From NCBI GenBank assembly GCA_965230915.1, contig OZ246395.1, positions 12,019 through 76,018 on the forward strand: DNA of 64,000 bases. Direction: 5' to 3'. Positions 9,927 through 19,464 of this stretch are shown piece after piece. The position numbers and the translations under genes were made by a program. Position 1 is the stretch's first letter, and every line of letters starts with the position of its first letter. The stretch is from an uncultured Candidatus Saccharibacteria bacterium. Its GTDB lineage: Bacteria; Patescibacteriota; WWE3; 2-01-FULL-39-13. A model generated the notes under the pieces. That model saw only the letters and a program-made list of their open reading frames with translations, made no database searches and had not been told where the DNA came from.

Positions 9927-12335
9927 ATGGGACTATTTGGAAAATCAAAACCTAAAGAAGATACTTCAGAAACACTATCTCCAATGACTACAGTGAACAC
10001 TGGAGGGGCATCATCCGAAAGTTCTGTCTCAGCTTTTAGCGGAGTTTCAGAGCCTAAAACAAAATCTGTAAGAGCAGCAAAACCACAAAAACAAAAAGAT
10101 GAAACACCTGAACAAAAATTAGCACGAGGAATTCCATCGGTTCGAGATGTTATTGCTCCAAGTGCAATCGAAGTCGACTATAACTTTTTAAAAGTCGGAG
10201 ACAAATACTTTAGAACACTTTTTATTTCTGGATATCCACGTTTTGTCGGAGCAAACTGGCTTGAACCGATTATTAACTTTGACCACACTTTAACAATTTC
10301 GATGTTTTATTATCCGATAAACGCACGAAACGTTTTGGATGACTTGCGCCGAAAAATTGCAGAAATGGAAGCAACCATTAATATCGCACGTGAAAAAGGT
10401 AAAGTTATCGATCCCGGAGTTCAAGCGGCTTTAGAAGATGCAAAATCTTTACAGGAACAATTGGTAAAAGGTATTGAAAGATTTTTCCATTTTTCTTTTT
10501 ATGTAACTGTTTCGGCAAACACATTGGACGAATTAAATAACATTACATATCAAGTTGAATCTACTTTAGGATCTCTTTCTTTGATTTCGAAAAAAGCTAC
10601 ATTAGAAATGGAAGCCGCATTCCAGACAACAGTTCCTGTTTGTTTAGATAAATTAAAAATTATTCGTAACATGGACACCACTTCTGTTGCGACGACTTTT
10701 CCGTTTACTTCAAGCGAACTTACTTCAAACGAAGGTATTTTATATGGAGTTAACAAACACAACGGTTCATTAATTATTTTTGACCGTTTCTCTTTAGAAA
10801 ATGCGAACTCAGTAATCTTTGCAAAATCTGGTGCTGGTAAATCTTATTTGGTGAAACTCGAAGCTTTACGTTCACTTTTATTTGGAGTTGACCTGATCGT
10901 TATTGACCCCGAAACTGAATATCGAAAACTTTCTGACGCAGTTGGAGGAGAATACATCGACTTTAGTATTAACAGCTCTGCAAAAATTAATCCGTTTGAT
11001 TTGCCTGTTGTTCCTGAAGTTGAAGACCAACTTAGCATGAAGATATTAAGTTTGCACGCTTTATTCAGAATCATGTTGGGAGAACTATCAAGTTCAGAAT
11101 CGGCAGTTTTAGACCGCGCCTTAATCGACACTTACAGACTAAAAGGAATCACTCAAGACCCTAATACACAGCAAGATCGTGAACCTCCATTAATGGAAGA
11201 CCTGTATAAAGTTTTACTTGCGATGGACGAACCCGAGTCAAAATCTCTTGCCGAAAGAATGGAACGTTACATTAAAGGTTCGTTAGCAGGAGTTTTCGAC
11301 CAACGTTCAAATGTTTCTTTAGAAAATTCTTTTACAGTATTTTCTATTAGAAACTTACAAGATGTTTTGCGTCCAATCGCAATGTTCATGATTTTGGACT
11401 TTATTTGGACAAAAGTTAAACACGATTTAAAGAAACGTATATTGCTGTTAGACGAGGCTTGGACTTTGATGCAATATCCAGATTCAGCTGCATTCGTTTA
11501 TTCATTAGCAAAACGTGCAAGAAAATATTACTTGGGACTTACAACAATTACACAAGACGTTAACGACTTCTTAAATACAGATTATGGAAAAGCGGTTGTG
11601 ACCAACTCGTCTATACAAATTCTGTTAAAGCAGCACCCTGCAGCAATCGACAAAATTTCTGAAATTTTCTATTTGTCTCAAGGAGAAAGAAACTTTTTAT
11701 TGGCCGCCGGAATTGGAGAAGGATTATTCTTCGCCGGAACAAATCACGTTGCAATGCAAGTTAAAGCGTCACCACTTGAGCACCAACTGGTTACAACTAA
11801 TCCGAAAGAAGTTAAAGCTGAGCAAGACGAACAAAAGCAAAATAATGCGCCAGTTACACCGAGTATTCCACAAAGAAACGAGCAAGATTTTGAAAGATTA
11901 AAACAGAGATTCGAAACGGTGGATATTAATCAACCAAGAACACAACCTGCACCACAAGGTATGCCTCAGGCACAACCAATACAGCAACCTGGACAAACAC
12001 AAACGCAACAAATGCCAAATCCTTACCAGCAAACAAATCAGGGATATACACAAGCTCCGCAAGTTCAGATGCCGCAAACTAATGCACCTGCGCCAAGTGC
12101 GCCGCAACAAGGTGGACAAATGCCAAACCCATTTGAAAGACAATCTTTTAATGGATATCAAATGCCTGCGAATAATAATACGAACGGGGCACAACAAAAT
12201 AATTGGGCTCCGCAAAATCAACAGCAGCCAAATGCACAGCCACAAAACGGACAACCTAGCCAATCACCTAATCAGGGAACTATTCCGATTAATATGAATG
12301 GTGCTACTCCAACTCCGACTCCGCCTGGGTTTTAA
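9927..12335 (+). CDS. virB4: VirB4/TraE-like secretion ATPase with Q/P/N-rich C-terminal tail
   Basis: Walker A AKSGAGKS, IDPETEY, Walker B LLLDEAW, RARKY, TTITQ motifs. Confidence 0.92.
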   Translation: MGLFGKSKPKEDTSETLSPMTTVNTGGASSESSVSAFSGVSEPKTKSVRAAKPQKQKDETPEQKLARGIPSVRDVIAPSAIEVDYNFLKVGDKYFRTLFISGYPRFVGANWLEPIINFDHTLTISMFYYPINARNVLDDLRRKIAEMEATINIAREKGKVIDPGVQAALEDAKSLQEQLVKGIERFFHFSFYVTVSANTLDELNNITYQVESTLGSLSLISKKATLEMEAAFQTTVPVCLDKLKIIRNMDTTSVATTFPFTSSELTSNEGILYGVNKHNGSLIIFDRFSLENANSVIFAKSGAGKSYLVKLEALRSLLFGVDLIVIDPETEYRKLSDAVGGEYIDFSINSSAKINPFDLPVVPEVEDQLSMKILSLHALFRIMLGELSSSESAVLDRALIDTYRLKGITQDPNTQQDREPPLMEDLYKVLLAMDEPESKSLAERMERYIKGSLAGVFDQRSNVSLENSFTVFSIRNLQDVLRPIAMFMILDFIWTKVKHDLKKRILLLDEAWTLMQYPDSAAFVYSLAKRARKYYLGLTTITQDVNDFLNTDYGKAVVTNSSIQILLKQHPAAIDKISEIFYLSQGERNFLLAAGIGEGLFFAGTNHVAMQVKASPLEHQLVTTNPKEVKAEQDEQKQNNAPVTPSIPQRNEQDFERLKQRFETVDINQPRTQPAPQGMPQAQPIQQPGQTQTQQMPNPYQQTNQGYTQAPQVQMPQTNAPAPSAPQQGGQMPNPFERQSFNGYQMPANNNTNGAQQNNWAPQNQQQPNAQPQNGQPSQSPNQGTIPINMNGATPTPTPPGF

Positions 12336-12420
12336 GAATGAATAAATACGTAAAGATAGGATTAGAAATAGTATTAAACTCGACCTATTAGTGTTATTTT
12401 CTTGACTTCAAATAAAAAAT

Positions 12421-12462
12421 GGAAGCTTTCCTATAAGTTTTTGGCTTACGATGAAAGCTTCC
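12421..12462. terminator. Inverted repeat between convergent virB4 and the 12511 gene
   Basis: GGAAGCTTTC...GAAAGCTTCC (10 bp) with inner TAAG/CTTA. Confidence 0.55.
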
Positions 12463-12510
12463 GACACCGATTCAGTAGACCGACTCAAATACGAAGGTGC
12501 AGATAGAGAA

Positions 12511-12849
12511 TTATCGTATCCGAAAAATTCTTACCAAAACAACGGTAGTTACAGGCGTCAATAAATTCCCTATTACTACAAATGGCAATACTAGTACGAA
12601 TAGAACTAACAAAATCCCGCCCGCTTGCCATATCGCGCTAAAGATCGAAAATCCCATGACCAAAACGATCCCAACAATCATGCCGATTCCAACTTGCCAT
12701 CCCGGAACCTGCTCAGGCTGAGGAGCTTCGACTACTGTCACTGGGCTTGGGATTCTGGTTCCCTTAGGCTTGATAAATTGCTTAAGGATCCAATTCAAAA
12801 GATATACTCCAAGAACAAATAACAGCAAGTATGTCCAGATTGCATCCAT
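12511..12849 (-). CDS. Hypothetical membrane protein
   Basis: 112 aa with 3 hydrophobic segments, GAGG RBS and its own TTGCTA/TATAAT promoter. Confidence 0.65.
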   Translation of the reverse strand: MDAIWTYLLLFVLGVYLLNWILKQFIKPKGTRIPSPVTVVEAPQPEQVPGWQVGIGMIVGIVLVMGFSIFSAIWQAGGILLVLFVLVLPFVVIGNLLTPVTTVVLVRIFRIR

Positions 12850-12936
12850 AGTAAACCTCTTTCTTGCACGGTGCTATTAAACGCGACGTTTAAAATTGGA
12901 AGAATTATATGTGGGACTGATACAAATAGCAACTAT

Positions 12937-14046
12937 TTACCAGTTAGCTTTCATGGGCATGGCGAGAAAAAAGTAATTGTCTTGGTCTTTAATATTAAAC
13001 AAACCAGGCTTAAGAGGATCAGAAGCCTTAAAAATAATTTCGGCTTCATCGATATTACTTAAAAAGTCTAATAAATATTTTGCGTTAAAAGTTATTTCGA
13101 TATTGTCACCATCTAGCTCACCGTTAATTTTGCTTTGGTTGCTTCCGGTTTCTGACGGTTGAGATTTTGCCTCAATTACATCTTCATTTGCAGAAATTTT
13201 TACGCTGTTTCCGATGTCTCGTGAAAAAATGCTGGCTAACTTTATTGCATTCAAAAGTTCTGTTTTTGAAACGTGAATTTCCGATGTAAATTCTTTTGGC
13301 AAAACTGCTTCGTAATCAGGATATTGTCCTTCGATCATCCTAAGTTGAGCTTCTGAATCTTCTGCGCGAACAACGACTGCATTTTTATCTGTGTTAATTA
13401 TTATTTCTAAACTTTCAGATTTTGGTGCAAAACTTTTTACAATATCGGTAAATGCTTTTGCAGGAATAACACATCGAACTTCGCTAGAAACTTCAGATTC
13501 TAATGCTAATTTATATTCGGCCATTCGATATCCGTCGGTACACGCAATGACTAAAGTCTTGCCTTCTGCTTTTAGAAATACTCCAGTTAAAACAGGTCGT
13601 GATTCATCTGCAGCAGATGCAAATTGAACTTGTGAAATTGCCTTAACAAGTTCTGAAGATTTAATAATTAATTTATCTCCATCTTCTGGTAATTCTAAAT
13701 TTGGAAATTCACTTGCAGGAATTGTTGTTAAATTTGCTTTTGCTTTATCAGTTGTAACTCTTAAGTTTGATCCGTCTAAAGTTAATTCAATTTTCTCATC
13801 GCTTAATTGATTAACAAAATCAATTAATATTTTTGCTGGAACAGTTATTTCGCCAGGCTGATCTACTTTTGCACCAACCCATGATGAAATTGTAATTTGT
13901 AAATCTGATGAAGTAATTTTTACACGACCTTTGTCGGTACGAATTAATAAGTTTGATAAAACGGGAAGTGGACTTCGATTATTTACCGCACGACTAACGA
14001 GTGCCAAACCTTTCTGAAAATTTTCTTGTAATACAGTGAATTGCAT
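12937..14046 (-). CDS. dnaN: DNA polymerase III beta clamp
   Basis: LPVLSNLL, SRPVLTGV, ACTDGYRMA, EGQYPDY, FNAKYLLD, LAMPM. Confidence 0.98.
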   Translation of the reverse strand: MQFTVLQENFQKGLALVSRAVNNRSPLPVLSNLLIRTDKGRVKITSSDLQITISSWVGAKVDQPGEITVPAKILIDFVNQLSDEKIELTLDGSNLRVTTDKAKANLTTIPASEFPNLELPEDGDKLIIKSSELVKAISQVQFASAADESRPVLTGVFLKAEGKTLVIACTDGYRMAEYKLALESEVSSEVRCVIPAKAFTDIVKSFAPKSESLEIIINTDKNAVVVRAEDSEAQLRMIEGQYPDYEAVLPKEFTSEIHVSKTELLNAIKLASIFSRDIGNSVKISANEDVIEAKSQPSETGSNQSKINGELDGDNIEITFNAKYLLDFLSNIDEAEIIFKASDPLKPGLFNIKDQDNYFFLAMPMKANW

Positions 14047-14096
14047 ATTCTGTTAACTATTTGTAACAGAAAGAGTAGTAAAACGGCAAGCGGGAA

Positions 14097-14582
14097 TTAT
14101 TCGGAAATTTCTTGGTTATCAGGAATAATGATGACTCTACGGTTGTATCCTTCGCCTTCTGATGAAGATGTAACTCCTTCGAGTTCTCCAACTTTATCAT
14201 GGACAATTTTTCTTTCGTAAGAATTCATTGGATACAATGCAACTGATTTCATTAATGATTTTGCTTTTTCAGCAGCATTTTCTGCAAGTTCTGTTAATTT
14301 TCTTTCGCGTTCTAATCTGTAACCAGAAACATCAACTAAAACTCCAACACCTTCTCCGACTTCTTTAAAGAGCATTACATTTAATAGGTGCTGTAACGCA
14401 TTTAAAGTCTCTCCATGGTATCCAATTATTAAATTTGTATCTTGAGTATCTATCTCAACATAAAATCGTTCATTAGTTGTATTTCTTTCTTGTGGAAATT
14501 TAATTTCAGCTTGAACTTCTAATTGAGCGAAAATAGTTTCTAATGTTTCTTTAATTTTTTGTTCAATTTGATTTCTGTCCAT
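14097..14582 (-). CDS. jag: Jag/KhpB RNA-binding protein (KH + R3H)
   Basis: IIGYHGETLNALQ (KH) and MNSYERKIVHD...SEGEG (R3H); follows yidC. Confidence 0.92.
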   Translation of the reverse strand: MDRNQIEQKIKETLETIFAQLEVQAEIKFPQERNTTNERFYVEIDTQDTNLIIGYHGETLNALQHLLNVMLFKEVGEGVGVLVDVSGYRLERERKLTELAENAAEKAKSLMKSVALYPMNSYERKIVHDKVGELEGVTSSSEGEGYNRRVIIIPDNQEISE

Positions 14583-15351
14583 TTGTTAATTCCTTACTAG
14601 CTTTTGGGCGGGATAGATAAGCATACTGTCCAACAGCTATTATGGTCGAAATAAACCAATAAAGCGGAAGACCGGCCGGCAAATTAAATCCAAATACGAC
14701 TGTCATAATTGGCAGCATATAGGTCATTTGCTCCTGCATATTATACATAACATCATCAGACTTGTCAGGTGTATTCTCCGCTATTTTCTCCATTTTCTTA
14801 GTACTTTGCATTGTATATTTGGACATAAAAAATTGAGCAATACCAGCTAATACAGGTAAAACAAACCATGGGTCCGGTTTTGCTAAGTCCCAAAGTAAGA
14901 ATTTAGTATGTAATTGAGCTCCATCTGCAAACTTTAAAAAGTCGAGTGGATACAATAAATGGTTAATATCAGAGATCATTACCCCGCTTCCTTGCAAGAC
15001 ATTCGTGAAGACTCTATATAAAGCAATAACAATAATAATTTGGATAATCTGAGGTAAGCAACCAGCAGCCGGATTAATTCCATGTTCTTTAAATAGCTCC
15101 ATCTGCTTTTGGGCAAATTCTTCACGCTTTGGATATCTCTTTTTTAATTCGTCTATTTGTGGCTGAAGCTCTTTCTGTTTCTTAGACATCTCGAGCATCG
15201 GCTTAGAAAGCGGGTAAGTGACGACTTTAATAAGTACGGTAAGCGCAATAATGGCCAAACCTAGGTTTTCCCACATAAAGTGGTACAAAATTATGAGCCC
15301 ATTTAAAATTGGGATATAAAACAGGGTATTCCAGATATCAGTTAAAAACAT
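14563..15351 (-). CDS. yidC: Membrane protein insertase YidC
   Basis: GLAIIALTVLIK, NPAAGCLPQIIQ, LPAGLPLYW. Confidence 0.96.
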   Translation of the reverse strand: MFLTDIWNTLFYIPILNGLIILYHFMWENLGLAIIALTVLIKVVTYPLSKPMLEMSKKQKELQPQIDELKKRYPKREEFAQKQMELFKEHGINPAAGCLPQIIQIIIVIALYRVFTNVLQGSGVMISDINHLLYPLDFLKFADGAQLHTKFLLWDLAKPDPWFVLPVLAGIAQFFMSKYTMQSTKKMEKIAENTPDKSDDVMYNMQEQMTYMLPIMTVVFGFNLPAGLPLYWFISTIIAVGQYAYLSRPKASKELTNGQKSN

Positions 15352-15353
15352 GC

Positions 15354-15608
15354 TTAGGTAACGGGATCATATCCGCCTTTTGTAAAAGGGTTACATCGAA
15401 GTATTCTCCAAAGACCTAAAAATCCGCCTTTAAAAATGCCGTATTTATCGATGGCCTGGTATGTATATTCTGAACAATAAGGTTCAAAACGACAGACACG
15501 AACGCCCAAATGGCTAAAGGTGTGACTTTGGTCTAGAGAAATCCACTTTTGATAAAAACGAATTGATCTCAGAATTAATTTCTTCAACACTGACGACGAT
15601 TTTACCAT
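15354..15608 (-). CDS. yidD: Membrane protein insertion efficiency factor YidD (start uncertain)
   Basis: [10 protein letters not shown]...[16 protein letters not shown]. Confidence 0.93.
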   Translation of the reverse strand: MVKSSSVLKKLILRSIRFYQKWISLDQSHTFSHLGVRVCRFEPYCSEYTYQAIDKYGIFKGGFLGLWRILRCNPFTKGGYDPVT

Positions 15609-15888
15609 TTTTGTCGAAAAATGTTTTTTTAGGGATAAAAATGAAACTGTATCTTTCCGGGAATTTCTCTAAATTGCCTTTTACTGATCTTGAAATTATT
15701 CGGCGAATTTTATTCTGCTCGACTGCCTTTTTAGTAAGACGATTTGAAGTAATAACAGCAAATTGAGGCGCCACCGCCCTATCTTCTCTATACTTAACTA
15801 TTAAATGGGGAGAGACAAACTCGGTTAAAGACTTTAAAACTCGGGTGAAATTATATCTGGTTTTGAGGCTGAATTTTCGGCTATACAC
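15514..15888 (-). CDS. rnpA: Ribonuclease P protein component
   Basis: [11 protein letters not shown] (RNR-like motif); position between rpmH and yidD. Confidence 0.85.
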   Translation of the reverse strand: MYSRKFSLKTRYNFTRVLKSLTEFVSPHLIVKYREDRAVAPQFAVITSNRLTKKAVEQNKIRRIISRSVKGNLEKFPERYSFIFIPKKTFFDKNGKIVVSVEEINSEINSFLSKVDFSRPKSHL

Positions 15889-15911
15889 AGCTAAATTCTA
15901 CAATAAAACGC

Positions 15912-16070
15912 TTATTTAGATACGCGTCCTCTATTAATAGCGAGTCTTACACGGCCTTTAAGTCTGCGTCTTTTAAGGACATTTCTGCCTGCTTTAGTTC
16001 GCATTCTTTTTAAGAATCCATGTTTTCTGTTTCCTTTCTTTACTTTTGGTTGCCAGGTTCTTTTCGGCAT
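15912..16070 (-). CDS. rpmH: 50S ribosomal protein L34
   Basis: MPKRTWQP...[25 protein letters not shown]; real start is ATG 16070. Confidence 0.97.
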   Translation of the reverse strand: MPKRTWQPKVKKGNRKHGFLKRMRTKAGRNVLKRRRLKGRVRLAINRGRVSK

Positions 16071-16128
16071 AGCAAGGCAAATTGTAACATAAGAGGGCAA
16101 TCCACACCATATATTAAGAGCCTGGATT

Positions 16129-16173
16129 TGTGGATAATTTCGGGTTGACTGTGGATAAACCTCCTTATACACT
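16129..16173 (+). promoter_or_regulatory. dnaA promoter with two perfect DnaA boxes
   Basis: TGTGGATAA at 16129-16137 and 16150-16158; TTGACT (16145-50)-17 nt-TACACT (16168-73). Confidence 0.85.
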
Positions 16174-16180
16174 GCCAGAT

Positions 16181-17578
16181 ATGGATCAGCTGAAACTAGA
16201 TACAATTTGGAAATCTATAAAAGGAGAATTAGAAGTAGTATCTAATCCTGTTCATTTTAAGGCGAATATCCCCGGTACATATATCAGCAAAATCGACGAA
16301 GAAAATAAAATTATTGAAATTTCAGCTCCCAGCGAATATAAAAAAAACTTTATAGAAGACCGCTTTTACGGCTACTTAAAAGAAATTATTGAAAAAGATC
16401 TAGGCCGAGGATACCGACTAATGTTTACGGTTACCAAGGTTGAAAAAAATGAAACTCCACAAGATCTTGGGCCACTTTTTGACCAAGAGGAAGAGACCAA
16501 AACAGATGAGGCAGATTTTAATAAAAGACTGACAGATGCAGGACTTAGTAATAGATATACAATTGGCCGCTTTATAGTAGGATCGCACAACAAACTTGCC
16601 TATGCAGTATCTACAGCAATAATCGATAATCCAGGCAGAGTTTATAACCCATTCTTTTTATATTCTGGAGTAGGTTTAGGAAAAACCCACTTGGTTCAAG
16701 CCATTGGCTACGAAATTTTACGAAAGCATCCGGACAAAGTCGTCGTTTATAAAACCGGTGAACAATTTTTAAATGAAGTAGTTGAAGCCGTTAGGCGAGG
16801 AGGCGCAGCCAACCAAGATTTTAAGAGAAATGACCTAAAGAAGAAATATCGAAATGCAGATGTCCTCATAATCGACGATATACATGCTATCGCTGGAAAA
16901 ACTTCCACTCAGGAAGAATTTTTTAATACATTTAATACTTTGTACATGGCACAAAAGCAAATTATTTTGACTAGTGACCGAGCTCCACATGAAATAAAAA
17001 CTTTAGAGGAACGATTATCTTCAAGATTTGCCAGCGGAATTATTGCAGATATTCAAAAGCCCGATTTTGAAACAAGAGCAGCAATTTTGAAAGAAAAAAA
17101 TGAGGAACTGAATTTACAGGCTCCAGATCACGTTATCGATTATGTTGCAAATTCCGTAACGACAAGTATTCGGGAACTAGAATCGGCTTTATTACAAACG
17201 GTCACTCACGCCAGAACATTCGGACAAGACCTAACAAAAGAAACTACCACTAATATAATGAACGATATTAATCGGGAAAAACAAAGGCGGGTTACTCCGA
17301 ATACAATAATTAGGGAAACCAGTAAATATTATGGCATTACGGTTAAAGATATTAAAGGTCAGCGCCGGTTAAAAAATCTAGTAATGCCAAGACAGGTTTG
17401 CATGTATCTTCTTCGTGATATGGGAGGTTTAGGGTTCCAATCTATTGGCGAACTTTTAGGTAATCGAGATCACTCAACGGTTGTACATGGAGTTAATAAA
17501 ACTTCTGAATTAATAAAAGAGCCTACCTTTAGTAAAGAGATTGAACAAATTAAAACTAATATATTAGTTGATGCTTAA
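16181..17578 (+). CDS. dnaA: Chromosomal replication initiator DnaA
   Basis: [42 protein letters not shown]; ATG 16181 preferred. Confidence 0.99.
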   Translation: MDQLKLDTIWKSIKGELEVVSNPVHFKANIPGTYISKIDEENKIIEISAPSEYKKNFIEDRFYGYLKEIIEKDLGRGYRLMFTVTKVEKNETPQDLGPLFDQEEETKTDEADFNKRLTDAGLSNRYTIGRFIVGSHNKLAYAVSTAIIDNPGRVYNPFFLYSGVGLGKTHLVQAIGYEILRKHPDKVVVYKTGEQFLNEVVEAVRRGGAANQDFKRNDLKKKYRNADVLIIDDIHAIAGKTSTQEEFFNTFNTLYMAQKQIILTSDRAPHEIKTLEERLSSRFASGIIADIQKPDFETRAAILKEKNEELNLQAPDHVIDYVANSVTTSIRELESALLQTVTHARTFGQDLTKETTTNIMNDINREKQRRVTPNTIIRETSKYYGITVKDIKGQRRLKNLVMPRQVCMYLLRDMGGLGFQSIGELLGNRDHSTVVHGVNKTSELIKEPTFSKEIEQIKTNILVDA

Positions 17579-18035
17579 TTATAAAAACAAATCTCTTTTT
17601 AAAAACTTCCTTTGTTTTTATGAACTAAATATTTCTATCCACAAGTTATTCTTTTTGTATTTTTAGATACTTAAATAAATATATATAAAGAGAAGCAGTT
17701 ATAGTAGGGACTGTGGATATGGGGATAAAGTCAGATTTTATTAATATAACTGTAAAAATCTGCAAAAAGTTTGTTTATAACTTTTTAATTAGCCATTTAT
17801 CAGCTTTTTAATTAGCTGTCATAAAATTTTCATTAATATTTCATAACTTTCATTTGTTGATCAATTTTCTAAATTCGGGTTTAGTTCTGTTGGCTAAATC
17901 GCCACTTATCAACATGCAATATAGTAAATTACTAAGTTCTCCACATATAATAGCTATAGGGTTGTTGTAAAAATAAGGCCGTGAAATAGGTTTATTTTTA
18001 GGGGTATTTAATAGAAAGTGGTAAAATTTTAGGTA
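17579..18035. other. Replication origin oriC
   Basis: About 450-bp non-coding AT-rich region after dnaA. DnaA-box variants at 17635 (CTATCCACA), 17712 (TGTGGATAT), 17720 (TGGGGATAA), 17906 (TTATCAACA) and 17937 (TTCTCCACA), plus an AT-rich DUE and DnaA-trios. Confidence 0.88.
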
Positions 18036-19352
18036 ATGTTAAAAGCAAGAACACTGCCCATCGTCTTAATATTTTCTTTAATCTTTACCCTTGTAATTAT
18101 CTTTGCTTTTACGACTATTCCTTTTTTAAAGAATTTATTGCCATTTAAAACACCAGATGTAAGTGTTCCTTCTTCAGCTCAAAATGTTTCGATAGAGTAT
18201 TGGGGCATGTTTGAATCACCAGATGCGATGAATACTTTGATTGCTAAATATAATGAGACTCACCCAGGAGTAAAAATCACTTATGTTGACCGTAACTTTG
18301 ACGGGGATATGGCAAGATATAAAAGTACTTTATTAACTAGATTAAAAGCCGGAAATGGTCCACAGATCTTTAGAGCTCATTCAACTTGGATGCCTGAATA
18401 TATAAATGAGGTCAGTTTAAATAACCAAAGTGTTAAGTTAGAAGAATTCAGACAGAGATTTTATCCCGTTGCCGAAACACAATGCGTTTTGACTGATGGA
18501 AGAGTCATTTGTATTCCGCTTATGTATGATGGCTTAGCGCTCTTGTATAACAAGGAAATGTTTTCGGCTTTAGGTATCGGTGAGCCAGATACATGGGATG
18601 AAGTTCGGGAAGCGGCCCTTAAATTAACCCAGCGTGGAGCCAATGACACCATTAATGTTTCAGGAGTTACACTTGGGACTTCAAATAATGTCTCATATGC
18701 GAGTGATATTTTAGGTTTAATGTTCTTACAAAGCGGAGTTGCTATACCAGAGGGAATTGATACTGATCGCGCAAAAGAAGCTTTAACTTTTTATACAAGT
18801 TTTGCTAGAGAACATAGAGTTTGGAGTGTTAACTTTTCTGATTCTTTAAATGTATTTGCAAGCGGCCAGGCGGCAATGACATTTGGAACAACCCAGGACA
18901 TAATTAGAGTTCTTGAATTGAATCCCACTATGCAACTTGGAGTTTTGGCTGTTCCACAATTACCTGATATTTCTGGTGGAACAACCTCTGATACATGGGC
19001 ATCATTTTGGGTAGAGTCAGTTTCTGCCGACGCTTCAAAAGAAGAGCAAAAAGCAGCTTGGGATTTCCTAGAATGGATGAGCCAGCCAGACCAGCAAAAA
19101 ATGCTTTATACGGAAACTTCAAAGTACAAGAAATTTGGTTTTGTTCCGGGAAACCGTGAAGCCCAAAATGTAGTCGCAGATAATCCTTATTTGGTGAATA
19201 TGGCCAAACAAGCCGTGTATTCGAGGACATCTATTATTAGCGATAAAGTTGGAAATGATAACTATTCTAAGATATTTAAGGATATGATTACTGATGAAGA
19301 TCTCGAAGAAGCAAAAGCCTCGTATTTAAAATTGACCGGGTCTGGTCAATAA
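18036..19352 (+). CDS. Orphan ABC-type sugar-binding extracellular solute-binding protein
   Basis: N-terminal TM, IEYWG, YNETHPGVKITY, LLYNKEMF, AAWDFLEWM; no permease or ATPase adjacent. Confidence 0.85.
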   Translation: MLKARTLPIVLIFSLIFTLVIIFAFTTIPFLKNLLPFKTPDVSVPSSAQNVSIEYWGMFESPDAMNTLIAKYNETHPGVKITYVDRNFDGDMARYKSTLLTRLKAGNGPQIFRAHSTWMPEYINEVSLNNQSVKLEEFRQRFYPVAETQCVLTDGRVICIPLMYDGLALLYNKEMFSALGIGEPDTWDEVREAALKLTQRGANDTINVSGVTLGTSNNVSYASDILGLMFLQSGVAIPEGIDTDRAKEALTFYTSFAREHRVWSVNFSDSLNVFASGQAAMTFGTTQDIIRVLELNPTMQLGVLAVPQLPDISGGTTSDTWASFWVESVSADASKEEQKAAWDFLEWMSQPDQQKMLYTETSKYKKFGFVPGNREAQNVVADNPYLVNMAKQAVYSRTSIISDKVGNDNYSKIFKDMITDEDLEEAKASYLKLTGSGQ

Positions 19353-19464
19353 TCCCGCAAAATAGCCTCTTAATTAATGTATAATTTGAGCATATTTAAT
19401 AATGTGTGGAAATTATTAGCGAAGAAGTCTCGCCTAATTATTAATAGCCAGTCTGCCCTACTTT

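Noticed and set aside
6115-12335. Integrative conjugative element
   Set aside because: No relaxase, VirD4, integrase or att repeats in the window; the genes are interleaved with core origin genes.
16071-16205. N-terminal extensions of rpmH (97 aa) and dnaA (GTG 16130) in the ORF track
   Set aside because: They run through the promoter and DnaA boxes; homology starts at ATG 16070 and ATG 16181.
19353-19464. T-box riboswitch before valS
   Set aside because: Leader too short and no AAGGTGGNACC-type T-box sequence or terminator.
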